DNA of 64,000 nt from Candidatus Poribacteria bacterium. Its GTDB lineage: Bacteria; Poribacteria; WGA-4E; PCPOR2b. Position 1 is the stretch's first letter. The number at the start of each line of letters is the position of its first letter. The translations under genes were made by a program, and so were the position numbers. Positions 50,420 to 60,601 of this stretch are shown here, piece by piece. The stretch is taken from NCBI GenBank assembly GCA_965208675.1, contig OZ242351.1, positions 3,936,001 through 4,000,000 on the forward strand. The letters are read 5' to 3'. The notes under the pieces were generated by a model. It searched no databases and was not told the origin of the DNA. It was given only the letters and a program-made list of their open reading frames with translations.

Positions 50420-51901
50420 ATGCAACATATTGACGCCTTTGATGAAGATAAAGCAAGGGACGAGTGTGGCATTTTTGGAATTTTTGGGCATCCTAAAGCG
50501 GCCGAATTAACCTACTTGGGATTGCGCGCCCTTCAACATCGCGGGCAGGAAAGCTCCGGAATTGTCACTTCAGACAATTACACGTTTTCTTCTTACCGTA
50601 ACATGGGGCTTGTTGAGAACGTCTTTGACGCCGAGACATTGGCGAAGCTGACCGGACACATCGCTGTCGGGCACAACCGCTATTCAACCGCGGGCGCAAG
50701 CCATCTTGGAAACACACAACCCCTCACCTGCGAATATAAGCATGGCCCCCTCGCAATTGCACACAATGGCAACCTCGTAAACGCACAGAGGATACGCAAA
50801 GAACTGGAAAACCGCGGCGCAATCTTCAGTTCAACTTCCGATACGGAAGTAATTGCTCACCTCATCGCCCGATCGAAACAAAGCACATTGCAAGACCGCA
50901 TCCTAGATGCGATTGGAGGGATCGATGGCGCATATTCGCTCGCCTTTATGGGGAAATCCAGCCTCATTGGCGTTCGCGATCCCTACGGCTTTCGCCCGCT
51001 GTGGTTGGGGCGGATTGACGATGCGTATATCCTCTCTTCCGAAACTTGCGCATTCGATGTTATTGAAGCTGAACCAATCCGTGAGCTTATCCCTGGTGAG
51101 ATGCTTGTTATCACTGCGGCAAATCAGCAACCCCAATCGTTCCATTTTGGACAGGATTTAAATAACCTGTCACAATGTATCTTTGAATATATTTACCTCT
51201 CGCGTCCCGACAGTGTCGTATTCGGTGAGCTTGTTAACCGTCCGCGGCGTGAGTTGGGGAGACAACTTGCGCGTGAATGCCCGGCGGAAGCAGACATCGT
51301 AATCGGTGTGCCGGATTCAGCGACGCTCGCCGCGCTCGGTTACTCAGAGGAATCGGGAATTCCGTTTGATGTAGGGTTGCATCGAAACTCTTATGTCGGA
51401 CGCGCGTTTATGAACCCCTCTCAAGATATCCGTGAGCTTATGGTCAAGGTGAAACTCAACCCGATTCGAGATGTACTCCAAGGAAAACGGGTTGTGGTGG
51501 TTGATGATTCAATCATGCGCGGTACCGAGAGTCGCAAATTTGTGAAACTAATCCGCCAAGGGGGGGCAGCTGAAGTTCACGTTCGTATATCGTCCCCGCC
51601 AAATAAATTCCCATGTTTCTACGGCGTCGATACACCTACCCGAGGGGAACTCATCGCAAGCTCACACACCATTGATGATATTCGAAAATATATCCGCGCC
51701 GACAGCTTGGGATACCTCAGCATTGAAGGAATGCTCAAGTGTGTGAAGTCTCCTCAAGATTTTTGCACGGCCTGTTTTGATGGTAGCTATCCAGTGGAAT
51801 TCGGCGAACAACCGACTAAACAACTGCCCATTGATTTTGCCAGTGTAAAAGCCTCAAATCAACTCAGTCTTGCGCACAAACCAACCGCACAGAATCAGTA
51901 G
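50420..51901 (+). CDS. purF: Amidophosphoribosyltransferase
   Basis: Propeptide followed by ECGIFG; LQHRGQES, HNRYSTAG, CIFEYIY, VVVDDSIMRG, PCFYGVDTP. Confidence 0.97.
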   Translation: MQHIDAFDEDKARDECGIFGIFGHPKAAELTYLGLRALQHRGQESSGIVTSDNYTFSSYRNMGLVENVFDAETLAKLTGHIAVGHNRYSTAGASHLGNTQPLTCEYKHGPLAIAHNGNLVNAQRIRKELENRGAIFSSTSDTEVIAHLIARSKQSTLQDRILDAIGGIDGAYSLAFMGKSSLIGVRDPYGFRPLWLGRIDDAYILSSETCAFDVIEAEPIRELIPGEMLVITAANQQPQSFHFGQDLNNLSQCIFEYIYLSRPDSVVFGELVNRPRRELGRQLARECPAEADIVIGVPDSATLAALGYSEESGIPFDVGLHRNSYVGRAFMNPSQDIRELMVKVKLNPIRDVLQGKRVVVVDDSIMRGTESRKFVKLIRQGGAAEVHVRISSPPNKFPCFYGVDTPTRGELIASSHTIDDIRKYIRADSLGYLSIEGMLKCVKSPQDFCTACFDGSYPVEFGEQPTKQLPIDFASVKASNQLSLAHKPTAQNQ

Positions 51902-51972
51902 AATCAGATGAGGTATTGAGCCTCAACAATCTCGCGAGCAGTGCTTAAAGCCGAGTTCCCGCATGGAAATCC

Positions 51973-52560
51973 TTGATGCAAGACAGACGTAGATCGAGCA
52001 AAAACCAAGCCGGTGTGTCCCTTCCATTACAGGCGATGTTCGTTAAAAATGTGTCCACTTTCCAAGGAAAGTATACACTTTATGCGGTTGTTATCTGTGC
52101 ATTCATCGGTATAATCTCGCACAAACCCGTAATTTTCTTAATTCAACATTTCAATCCGCCCGCCGCGCTGTTTAGCTTGAATCTAAATTTTCAAAGTGAA
52201 TTGAACAAAGGAGCGGAGATTAAGGATTTACGGTCGGAATTTAGGAAAAACCGTATTTTGCTGTCCTATAACGCTGCCGCTTCGATTAGGAAGAAAGATA
52301 AATCGTGGGTCATCGCCGACCCTCAGAACAAACGGAAATACATCGTAAGGAAAGCGGAGAAGTTGGACATCTACGCTGCCGCGCCCACCCGCGATGTCGC
52401 AAACCTGGCAAGCGCCATTTCGTTTGGAGTATGCGCAGTGCTTTTGATTGTCTCGCTGCTAAAAATGCAGTCGATCGCTTCAGCGATTGAAGCACGGCGC
52501 CTCTTAGCATTTAATCGGCGATTGAAAAAACGAAAGAAATCGAATATTTCCGATGACTAA
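51973..52560 (+). CDS. Hypothetical two-TM membrane protein
   Basis: Two hydrophobic segments flanking a ~70-aa soluble module; overlaps the purM start. Confidence 0.6.
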   Translation: MMQDRRRSSKNQAGVSLPLQAMFVKNVSTFQGKYTLYAVVICAFIGIISHKPVIFLIQHFNPPAALFSLNLNFQSELNKGAEIKDLRSEFRKNRILLSYNAAASIRKKDKSWVIADPQNKRKYIVRKAEKLDIYAAAPTRDVANLASAISFGVCAVLLIVSLLKMQSIASAIEARRLLAFNRRLKKRKKSNISDD

Positions 52561-53584
52561 ACAGCGATTGACCTATGCCGACGCGGGGGTATCATTTGAG
52601 GCAAAAGCAGAGGCGTTCAATCGTCTGAAAACACTTTGCCGTTCAACCTACCGTCCGGAAGTTTTAAGCGAAATTGGGAGTTTTGGTGGGCTTTTTGCGC
52701 TCGCCGAATTTGACAAACCAGTGCTTGTGTCAAGCACTGATAGCGTTGGCACAAAACTCAAAATCGCTTTTATGATGGCTGTGCACGATACGGTGGGGTA
52801 CGATATTGTGGCGCACTGTGCCAACGACATCCTCGTACAAGGCGCTGAACCGCTCTTTTTTCTGGACTATATCGGTACCAGCACGCTCCGTCCTGCAGTC
52901 GTCGAGCAAATCGTAAAGGGAATCGCAAAAGGTTGCCGAGAAACCGGCTGCGCGCTAATTGGCGGAGAGACGGCAGAGTTGCCGGATTTCTACGCTGACG
53001 GTGAATACGATCTCGTCGGCACAATAGTGGGGGTCGTCGAGCGTTCCAAGTTGATTACGGGTAGCGAGATTCAACCGGGCGATTGCTTAATCGGTTTGAA
53101 ATCATTCGGATTGCACACCAATGGGTTTTCACTTGCTCGCCATATCCTGTTCGATGTTTGCGGGTATGGCCTCGATCAATACATCCCCGAACTCGGTGTG
53201 ACACTCGGCGAGGAACTGCTCAAGCATCATATAAGCTATGTAAAACCGGTTCTGAATCTGCGGAAGAGGTGGAATGTCAAAGGCATCGCCCACATTACCG
53301 GCGGCGGCTTAGCCGATAACATCACCCGTATTCTACCAAAAAACTGTCGAGCTGAAATCCAAAAGGGATCGTGGGAAATCCCGCCAATCTTCGCCTTTCT
53401 CCAAGAATACGGAAAGGTCGATGAAGCTGAGATGTACCACGTTTTCAATATGGGCATCGGATTGGTATTGGTCATTCCGCTCGATCAAGTCGATTCTGCG
53501 CTCGACGCGCTCAAGGATATGAGTACGTCGCCGTTTCTTATCGGCAAAATACTTCATGGAGAAAAGGAGGTACACATTGTCTGA
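52553..53584 (+). CDS. purM: Phosphoribosylformylglycinamidine cyclo-ligase
   Basis: TYADAGV, DSVGTK, GAEPLFFLDY, GGETAE, GLHTNGFSL, AHITGGG, FNMGIG. Confidence 0.97.
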   Translation: MTKQRLTYADAGVSFEAKAEAFNRLKTLCRSTYRPEVLSEIGSFGGLFALAEFDKPVLVSSTDSVGTKLKIAFMMAVHDTVGYDIVAHCANDILVQGAEPLFFLDYIGTSTLRPAVVEQIVKGIAKGCRETGCALIGGETAELPDFYADGEYDLVGTIVGVVERSKLITGSEIQPGDCLIGLKSFGLHTNGFSLARHILFDVCGYGLDQYIPELGVTLGEELLKHHISYVKPVLNLRKRWNVKGIAHITGGGLADNITRILPKNCRAEIQKGSWEIPPIFAFLQEYGKVDEAEMYHVFNMGIGLVLVIPLDQVDSALDALKDMSTSPFLIGKILHGEKEVHIV

Positions 53585-54311
53585 AACACCTATCGAACAA
53601 ACACTTGTCCAAGAATTAACCGCCCTGCTTGAAAAGACAGACTTGCGGGTAATCCTGCGCGCCGTTGCTGATGAACCCGATCCGGATGTTGCCATTTTCT
53701 TGGTGACGCTTCAGCAGGCTTCTCCAACCCTCGCTAACCACGCCTCCCAAATCCTCATCCATCTTCCGGCTGATAAGCAGATTGCTGTCGCTGAGCAGAT
53801 TACAACCACAGATATTGTTGAGTCAGAACGCGTACGGGTAATCCACACGCGCTTAATTGAAAATATAGTAAGTGCGACGAATCAGACCACGGTTCTTGGG
53901 GACGGCAAGTCCAATCTGATTAAACTTCTAGGACGGATGAAGACAGACGATCAGAACCGCCTGCTGGATTCACTGGCCGCAAGGCAACCAGACCTAGTCA
54001 ACGACATTCATGAACGGCTCTTCACATTTGCCGATCTCGCAACACTGAATGATTCGGCGATACAGACAATTTTGCAAGTGCTCGATCCCAGTACCATTGC
54101 GCTCGCCCTTCACAATGCACCTGAAGAGGTGCGTCAAAGGTTCCTTGAGGGCATGTCAGAAGAATTAACAGCCAATGTCGAAGACGAAACAAATCGGTTG
54201 ACCTTTGAACAGACGCAAATCGCCGACACCGCCCGGCAGTCTGTCGTAACCCTCGTCCGAAATTTCGCATCCAAAGGCATGATCTCGACCGATCGAGAAT
54301 CCGAGGAGTAG
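53577..54311 (+). CDS. FliG middle/C-terminal-domain-like protein (orphan)
   Basis: TTG start after RBS GGAGGT, overlapping purM. 'RLFTFADLATLNDSAIQTILQVLDPSTIALALHNAPEEVRQRFLEGMS...ARQSVVTLVR...KGMI' aligns by eye with FliG_C. Confidence 0.72.
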   Translation: MSETPIEQTLVQELTALLEKTDLRVILRAVADEPDPDVAIFLVTLQQASPTLANHASQILIHLPADKQIAVAEQITTTDIVESERVRVIHTRLIENIVSATNQTTVLGDGKSNLIKLLGRMKTDDQNRLLDSLAARQPDLVNDIHERLFTFADLATLNDSAIQTILQVLDPSTIALALHNAPEEVRQRFLEGMSEELTANVEDETNRLTFEQTQIADTARQSVVTLVRNFASKGMISTDRESEE

Positions 54312-54380
54312 TTCAAACTTGTGAATCCCTGACTCGTTCGGTTCTCCAGAATCTGCTGCTTACCGGGGCATCCATTTATT

Positions 54381-55346
54381 GTGAATGACCAAAAAATCCT
54401 TCCCGTCCGCATTGGTGTGTCAACCTGTCTGTTGGGTGAAAGAGTACGGTTCGATGGTGGACACAAGCGCGATGCATTTCTTGTAGATGTCTTTGGGCGT
54501 TATGTGGAATGGGTACCGGTATGCCCCGAAGTGGAGATGGGGTTAGGAACGCCGCGCGAACCGATTCGACTTATCCAGCAAGAAAAGGACATCCGGTTCC
54601 TGATATCCAAGAGCGGCGTTAACCACACCGAAGCCATGCGGAATTATGCTGCAAGGCGGGTCGCAGAATTGGGAAAGGAGAACTTGTCCGGTTATGTGCT
54701 CAAATCCAATTCCCCTAGCTGCGGCATGGAGCGGGTGCGGGTGTATCAGCCTTCAGGCAGCGCCAACCGGACCGGTACAGGACTGTTTGCTGGCGTGCTA
54801 ATGAAATCGTTCCCAAACCTACCCGTAGAAGAGGAGGGGCGGCTGCGGGACGCACGTCTACGAGAAAATTTCATCAGCCGCGTTTTCGCTTACCAGCGGT
54901 GGCAGCGCGCGACGCAAAACGGGGTCAACCGAGCCGCATTAACACGATTCCACGAACGTCACAAATTTCTGCTGATGGCTCACAACCAGACCGGCACGCG
55001 GCGGTTAGGGCGTTTGCTGGGAACGCCAAAGCAATTCTCCGCCAACTGCGCTCTCGCAGCCGATTACATGCAAGAATTCTCCAACGTCATGCGGCGTACA
55101 CCCACCATCCGCAATCACACAAACGTACTGCAGCACATGGCGGGATATTTCTCGAAGGATCTCACGACGGATGACCGGCGTGAACTCGCCGACACAATCC
55201 TCCGATACAGGCAGGAACTCCTGCCGCTGATTGTCCCGATAACGCTCATCCGCCACTATGTGCGGAAGCACAACGTAGCGTACCTCCAAAGTCAGGTTTA
55301 TCTCGACCCGCACCCGTACGAGCTAATGCTGCTAAACCAACTTTAA
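54381..55346 (+). CDS. YbgA family protein (DUF523 2-thiouracil desulfurase-like + DUF1722)
   Basis: GVSTCLLGERVRFDGGHK, VCPEVEMGLGTPRE, SPSCG, VEEEGRL, FHERHKFLLMAH, NVLQHMAGYF. Confidence 0.92.
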   Translation: MNDQKILPVRIGVSTCLLGERVRFDGGHKRDAFLVDVFGRYVEWVPVCPEVEMGLGTPREPIRLIQQEKDIRFLISKSGVNHTEAMRNYAARRVAELGKENLSGYVLKSNSPSCGMERVRVYQPSGSANRTGTGLFAGVLMKSFPNLPVEEEGRLRDARLRENFISRVFAYQRWQRATQNGVNRAALTRFHERHKFLLMAHNQTGTRRLGRLLGTPKQFSANCALAADYMQEFSNVMRRTPTIRNHTNVLQHMAGYFSKDLTTDDRRELADTILRYRQELLPLIVPITLIRHYVRKHNVAYLQSQVYLDPHPYELMLLNQL

Positions 55347-55578
55347 TAGAGCTTGCACAGTTCAGGATGTTGCCGCGCAATTTGTTGCACGTCGCATTCG
55401 TTCACTTGCTTTTTACCCGCCTGACATACGAATTTTGGTCGAACTGAAAAATGAACTAAAACCCCATCGTATCCGCTATGCGCTCCATTCAGCCTTACGC
55501 CCGACATTTGGGGTCTAATGCGCAAGACTTTCACAAATGCTCTTGGAATAGACCACCGAAAAACAGGAGGATGGTATT

Positions 55579-56034
55579 GTGTACAAAACAAAAATGCCCG
55601 CTGTTTTTAGAATTACAGCAGACGGAATGAAATCCCTGATTAAAAGTCGTAAATATTTCCTTCTGTGCATAACCGTTGTTGTGGTTGCGAGTTCTGGTTG
55701 CATTCCGTCTTCTTCGCAACTATCACAGACGGAAAAGAAATTGGAAGGCGTCCTCGATTTTGGGGCTGTGGGTACTTTGCCAGCATGTTTCCTGACTTTT
55801 AACGAACCCCATTTTGTCAATCGAATTGTAATAAATACGAAATACTCAGTCAAGGGTATCGGTGTCTATATCTCAACCGGAAATGACTTGTGGTATCACG
55901 TCAAGCAGTTTAAGCGACCTATAAGTGGTGCAACTAACGTCAAAATTGGAAGGAAAACTGATATTATTCGGGTGACAAGGAATATTCCGGCCGCACCCGT
56001 AGCTGTGGAGAGCATCGAAGCGTTCGGCAACTAA
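55579..56034 (+). CDS. Hypothetical lipoprotein
   Basis: Hydrophobic segment ending in SSGC; beta-rich remainder. Start possibly at 55627. Confidence 0.55.
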   Translation: MYKTKMPAVFRITADGMKSLIKSRKYFLLCITVVVVASSGCIPSSSQLSQTEKKLEGVLDFGAVGTLPACFLTFNEPHFVNRIVINTKYSVKGIGVYISTGNDLWYHVKQFKRPISGATNVKIGRKTDIIRVTRNIPAAPVAVESIEAFGN

Positions 56035-56123
56035 ATCGGAAAACTGAGGCATTATGGATTGGAGGTGCCTCCCTATTTTTGCCGATAGAAGCAAAACATA
56101 TTCGAATTTTTATCACTAGAAAC

Positions 56124-57497
56124 TCAACCACCGTTCAGGCGAGACCCATTCGTTACAGACTCAATCGAGGAGTACACAATGTCCAGAAGCTGATCCAGTT
56201 CGGATGTGGAGATTTGCAATGGGGGCATCAACACAATCGTATTGACGATTGGACGAAGCATCACCCCGCGCTTCAATGCCTCATTGCAAACCTGAGCGCC
56301 AACCTTTTCTTCAAATGTAAATTCCTCCTTTGTCTCTCTGTCTCTCACCAACTCTATGCCGGCAGCCAACCCGCAAACGCGGACATCTCCGACATGGTCA
56401 AGATTGTAAAAATCCTTGAGACGGCTCTGGAAACGTACAATGGTGGGCTGAATCTTTTCCAGAAGCCCCTCTTTTTCAAAAATCTCTAAGTTTGCGTACG
56501 CAGCCGTGCACCCCAACTGGTTACCCGTGAACGTATGCCCGTGAAAGAATGTCTTGAAATCTTTGTACTCTCCCAAGAAGGCATTGTAAATCTCATCGGA
56601 AGTGAGCGTCGCCGCCAAGGGGAGATATCCTGCCGACAACCCTTTCGCCGTACACAGTATATCTGGGACGGCATCTTCATGCTCGCACGCCCACATCCGC
56701 CCCGTGCGTCCAATTCCGGTCATCACTTCATCCAAAATGAGAAGTGTGTCGAATCTCCTCGCCAGCGTTTCCACTCCCTTCAAGAGTCCTTCAGGGGCGG
56801 TAATCATGCCGCCCGCGCCTTGAATCAACGGCTCAATAATTATCCCGGCAACCTGCCGATTAAATTTGTGTAAGGTTTTCTCCAGTTCACGCAGGCAATA
56901 GTCTCTGACAGCTTCAGGCTGGTCTCCGGCAGGAGAACGGTAGACATAAGGCGCCGGAACGTGAACGGTTTCAAAAAGAAGGCCGTCAAACGTGCGGTGG
57001 AATACCTCAATACAGCCAACACTCATTGCGCCTACGGTGTCGCCATGGTAAGCGCTATCCAAATTCACAAATATCTTGCGCTCAGACTCGCCCTTGTGCT
57101 GCCAGTATTGGTACGCAATCTTTAAGGCAATCTCTACAGACGTCGCGCCGTTGTCCGAATAAAAGACCTTGTCTAATCCCTCCGGCGTAATCTCAACGAG
57201 TTTCTTCGCTAATTTAATTGCGGGGACGTTGGAATACCCTAACAACGTCGAGTGTGCAATCTTGTCAATTTGCGCCTTGATGGCATCGTTAATCTCTAAC
57301 CGGTTGTGGCCGTGGACGTTTGTCCACATCGAAGCCACCCCGTCAATGTAGCGGTTGCCCGCCGTGTCAATTAAATAGACCCCCTCTCCCCGTTCAATAA
57401 TAACCGGCTCTTCCGCGAGCCAATCTTGCATTTGCGTGAAAGGGTGCCAAAGATAGCGCCTGTCCCAATCTATCAGAGTCTGCTTGTCCAACATCAC
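56124..57497 (-). CDS. bioA: Adenosylmethionine-8-amino-7-oxononanoate aminotransferase
   Basis: LWHPFTQM, SMWTNVHGH, YHGDTVGAMSV, IQGAGGM, DEVMTG, FFHGHTFTGN. Confidence 0.95.
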   Translation of the reverse strand: MMLDKQTLIDWDRRYLWHPFTQMQDWLAEEPVIIERGEGVYLIDTAGNRYIDGVASMWTNVHGHNRLEINDAIKAQIDKIAHSTLLGYSNVPAIKLAKKLVEITPEGLDKVFYSDNGATSVEIALKIAYQYWQHKGESERKIFVNLDSAYHGDTVGAMSVGCIEVFHRTFDGLLFETVHVPAPYVYRSPAGDQPEAVRDYCLRELEKTLHKFNRQVAGIIIEPLIQGAGGMITAPEGLLKGVETLARRFDTLLILDEVMTGIGRTGRMWACEHEDAVPDILCTAKGLSAGYLPLAATLTSDEIYNAFLGEYKDFKTFFHGHTFTGNQLGCTAAYANLEIFEKEGLLEKIQPTIVRFQSRLKDFYNLDHVGDVRVCGLAAGIELVRDRETKEEFTFEEKVGAQVCNEALKRGVMLRPIVNTIVLMPPLQISTSELDQLLDIVYSSIESVTNGSRLNGG

Positions 57498-57533
57498 AAT
57501 TTGAGTTACGGCTGAATGCCAACCGCCTAAAAT

Positions 57534-57574
57534 AAAAAAGCGGAATCTAGGGCGCGCCCCCGATTCCGCTTTTT
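57534..57574 (-). terminator. Rho-independent terminator
   Basis: Minus strand AAAAAGCGGAATC...GATTCCGCTTTTTT, about 20 nt downstream of the 57594 stop. Confidence 0.8.
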
Positions 57575-57593
57575 GGTTATAGTTGGTTACGAA

Positions 57594-58835
57594 CTACCCC
57601 TTTAATTTCGCATAATGAACTTCATGCTCAGTCGGCAAATCTTCAACTTTGCCGGACTTCGGAACAATTATTTCAAGCAGCTTGTCGCGATACGTATCCC
57701 GGAAATTTTCAGGATTCCCCTCAATATGGAATGTGTTCGTGAACCCGTTGGGGAATGAACTTGCCCGGCCGAGCACATCGCTGAATCGAGGATCCTCTAG
57801 CTTCGACTCAACAGTCAAAATATTCCCTTCCAGATGAACCTGATACGCATAGTCAGGCATCAAATCTGGCAGGTTGTGCTCCTTCTTGTATTCACTATCA
57901 GGTACCCACCGCGGGAACTCAACTTCGATAATATAGCGGTCTGCTGTGGTTTTGAATCGATGCATCATGCCGTAACGGCGGTAGCGTTCCCGCGTGTCCT
58001 CGGCATAAATGTGACCATCCGCAAGAACCGCCCCAGGGAGGCTTGAGCGCGGTGCATCTGGCTCAACGGCAATTACGGGGCGCAGCCATGATAGCAGCGG
58101 AGTCGCAATAAACGACGGCAGCCAACCGTACCACGCGGCGCCGTAACGCGGCTCCTCGTCGCTTTCAGTCGCAACTAGTACATCCTTGAATCGAAACATG
58201 CCTTCACCAATTGCGAGAGCCACGCCAAGCAAAATGAATAAGTTTCCTCGGCTTGTAAATAGGTCAACACCCCAAACCGCCGCGCCAATCATGAAAAACG
58301 CCAGCGGGTAAACCGCCAAGTTAATCAGACTGTTAATTCCCGTCGAAACCGACGCGCTGAACACCTTTGCGTCTGACGCCAATTCCTCTAGGTCGCTCTT
58401 GAATCTCGCCGATAACGCTCCCAACAATGGTTGCGAAAACATCACGTGCATGCGGAAAAAACCGCGAATCGAAGATTTTGGCGCTTCGAGCATTTGGACA
58501 AATTCTTCTACTTCGGAAGCCCTAAACGCTTCATCTTCTTCCCCTTGCGCTGTTCCGCCTTGTCCAGTCCCTTCACCCGCACCCGGTTTAACAAATGTCT
58601 CAAAAAATTTGCTGTTTATTTCATTGTACGAAGTCCACTCTTCCGGCACGTCATCAATCATAAAAATCGCATCAACAGGGCATGCGGGCTCACATGCGGC
58701 GCAGTCAATACACTCTGCAGGATTAATGAATAATTGTTTTTCCCCTTCAGTTGTATGAATACAGTCCACCGGACACACGTCAACACATGCAGTGTCCATC
58801 ACATCCACACACGGTTCACAGATTACATACGCCAT
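57594..58835 (-). CDS. FdxA-type ferredoxin fused to membrane helices and a C-terminal Hsp20/alpha-crystallin-like domain
   Basis: MAYVICEPCVDVMDTACVDVCPVDCIH...ECIDCAACEPACPVDAIF; Gly-rich linker; 2-3 TM segments; 'DRYIIEVEFP...VHLEGNILTV...FTNTFHI...YRDKLLEIIVPK'. Confidence 0.75.
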   Translation of the reverse strand: MAYVICEPCVDVMDTACVDVCPVDCIHTTEGEKQLFINPAECIDCAACEPACPVDAIFMIDDVPEEWTSYNEINSKFFETFVKPGAGEGTGQGGTAQGEEDEAFRASEVEEFVQMLEAPKSSIRGFFRMHVMFSQPLLGALSARFKSDLEELASDAKVFSASVSTGINSLINLAVYPLAFFMIGAAVWGVDLFTSRGNLFILLGVALAIGEGMFRFKDVLVATESDEEPRYGAAWYGWLPSFIATPLLSWLRPVIAVEPDAPRSSLPGAVLADGHIYAEDTRERYRRYGMMHRFKTTADRYIIEVEFPRWVPDSEYKKEHNLPDLMPDYAYQVHLEGNILTVESKLEDPRFSDVLGRASSFPNGFTNTFHIEGNPENFRDTYRDKLLEIIVPKSGKVEDLPTEHEVHYAKLKG

Positions 58836-58944
58836 TTTCCGTCTCTCCTAAAACGAAACCGATTCCTCCGAAATCTCGCCAAAATTATACCACAGTGCAA
58901 TTCACCTGACAAGGATATTTGAACCCGTGTGCGCTCCGATGGCA

Positions 58945-60600
58945 TTACAGCAATCCAACTTTTAATTCGGCATTCAAGTCAAAAATGTGTTGCCTATAGG
59001 CGTTTACTTCGGCGGAAACCCTAGCCTTGTCCCATTGTCCGCGCTCAACGAGAAACTGTGCGATTTCCGGTGCAGTATCAACGCCCTGCCCCGCCGTCAA
59101 ACCGATGCGCATCCGGCGCCAGAGGAGGTCGTCGAGCGTCATCGCCATTTCGCCCCAAAAGGCATAGAGCACTTCCGCTTTCAAGAATGCTGACGCTTCC
59201 GGCATCGGTTCCGCGAGCGATGGATCGCGGTCTATTAACGTCAAGATAGCGTCCGCTCCCGCACCGTACCGTTGGACAATCCGTTCCCAATCGGCATCCG
59301 CCAGCGCGTCGTTCTTTCGAGTCACTCCCTCGGCATTTAGCAACGGATTCGTGCCGGTCTTGCAGTGACGCGGACGCTGAAGTTCTTCCGCGATGTAGTT
59401 GACAGCTTCCTCGGCAATCTGTCGGTGCGTGGTTAATTTTCCACCGTAGATATACATCACGCCGCTGTCACTCTCAGCAATCAAGTGTTCTCGTGAAACA
59501 AAACCGCCGTTTTTGGAGGCGATTAGAGGGCGCACACCAGCGTATGCCGAAACAACGTCCCGCCGGTTTGCCGCCGCCGTTGGAAAAATTCGCGCCGTTT
59601 CTGCTAAGAGATAGTCCACCTCGTCACTAGACGGGCGCACTGCGTCAAGATCCTCTCCAGGATCGGATTCAGTGGTGCCGACCGCTGACAAGTCCGCATC
59701 GTATGAAAGCGTAAACACAATGCGCGGTTTCTCATTCTTTCGCTTTTCCGATCGTGTAAACGCAGCGATACCGTAGCGGTTCGGGTTCAATCGGGGCAAT
59801 AGGATATGAATTCCTTTCGCCTTCCGGGTTGTCAACCTCGGCACACCGTTATAGGCAGAGTCCTTTTCCCATAACCGGTCCGTCCAAGGCCCCGTTGCCG
59901 ACACAACTTTCCGAGCGGCAATCTCAAACAGTTCCCCGGAGATTGCATCCTCAACTCGCACGGTATATCCGCCGCTAGAACTATTGGACTGAGCATCGGA
60001 TTCGAGAAAGCGAACGTAGTTGGTGATAACCGCACCGTGCTGATGTGCATCCTTGAGTGTCAGCAGTGTCAACCGCGCATCATCGACCATGCTATCCCAA
60101 ACGACGACGCACCCTTTCAACGAATTAGTCTCAATAGGTCCGACCAAACGCTGAATCTGCGCCGCATCACGGTAGGAACATGCCCGCTCAGCGTCATCAG
60201 TTTTAGATAGATGATTGTAATACCGCGCCGCAATCTGCATACCGGAGAGCGGATACGGATCGCCCTTATAGTTGAGTATGGCAATAGGTAACGGCTTGAC
60301 GAGGTTCGGCGCGATACGCAACAGTGTCTCTCGTTCACGCCGCGCTTCCTTTATCAGCGAAAAGTCGCGCTTGATAAGATATCTAAAACCGCCGTGGATC
60401 AGTTGGGAAGTTGCGCTGCTTGTACCGTTCGAAAAGTCGCTCTTTTCAATGAGCGCAGCCTTGAAATGCCCGTTCAAGGCGAGGTCGCGAATTAGACCCG
60501 CCCCCACGATGCCGCCGCCGATGACCAAGACATCAAACGGCTCGCTTGTTAAGCGTTTGATATTGTGAGCCCGAGTTCGCGCTGAAAATTCGGTCGACAT
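58945..60600 (-). CDS. FAD-dependent glycerol-3-phosphate dehydrogenase/oxidase (GlpD/GlpA-like)
   Basis: DVLVIGGGIVGAG, GTSSATSQLIHGGFRYL, DDARL, ATGPW, AGVRPL, GGKLTT. The start ATG (MSTEF) directly follows the upstream stop. Confidence 0.9.
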   Translation of the reverse strand: MSTEFSARTRAHNIKRLTSEPFDVLVIGGGIVGAGLIRDLALNGHFKAALIEKSDFSNGTSSATSQLIHGGFRYLIKRDFSLIKEARRERETLLRIAPNLVKPLPIAILNYKGDPYPLSGMQIAARYYNHLSKTDDAERACSYRDAAQIQRLVGPIETNSLKGCVVVWDSMVDDARLTLLTLKDAHQHGAVITNYVRFLESDAQSNSSSGGYTVRVEDAISGELFEIAARKVVSATGPWTDRLWEKDSAYNGVPRLTTRKAKGIHILLPRLNPNRYGIAAFTRSEKRKNEKPRIVFTLSYDADLSAVGTTESDPGEDLDAVRPSSDEVDYLLAETARIFPTAAANRRDVVSAYAGVRPLIASKNGGFVSREHLIAESDSGVMYIYGGKLTTHRQIAEEAVNYIAEELQRPRHCKTGTNPLLNAEGVTRKNDALADADWERIVQRYGAGADAILTLIDRDPSLAEPMPEASAFLKAEVLYAFWGEMAMTLDDLLWRRMRIGLTAGQGVDTAPEIAQFLVERGQWDKARVSAEVNAYRQHIFDLNAELKVGLL

Positions 60601-60601
60601 G

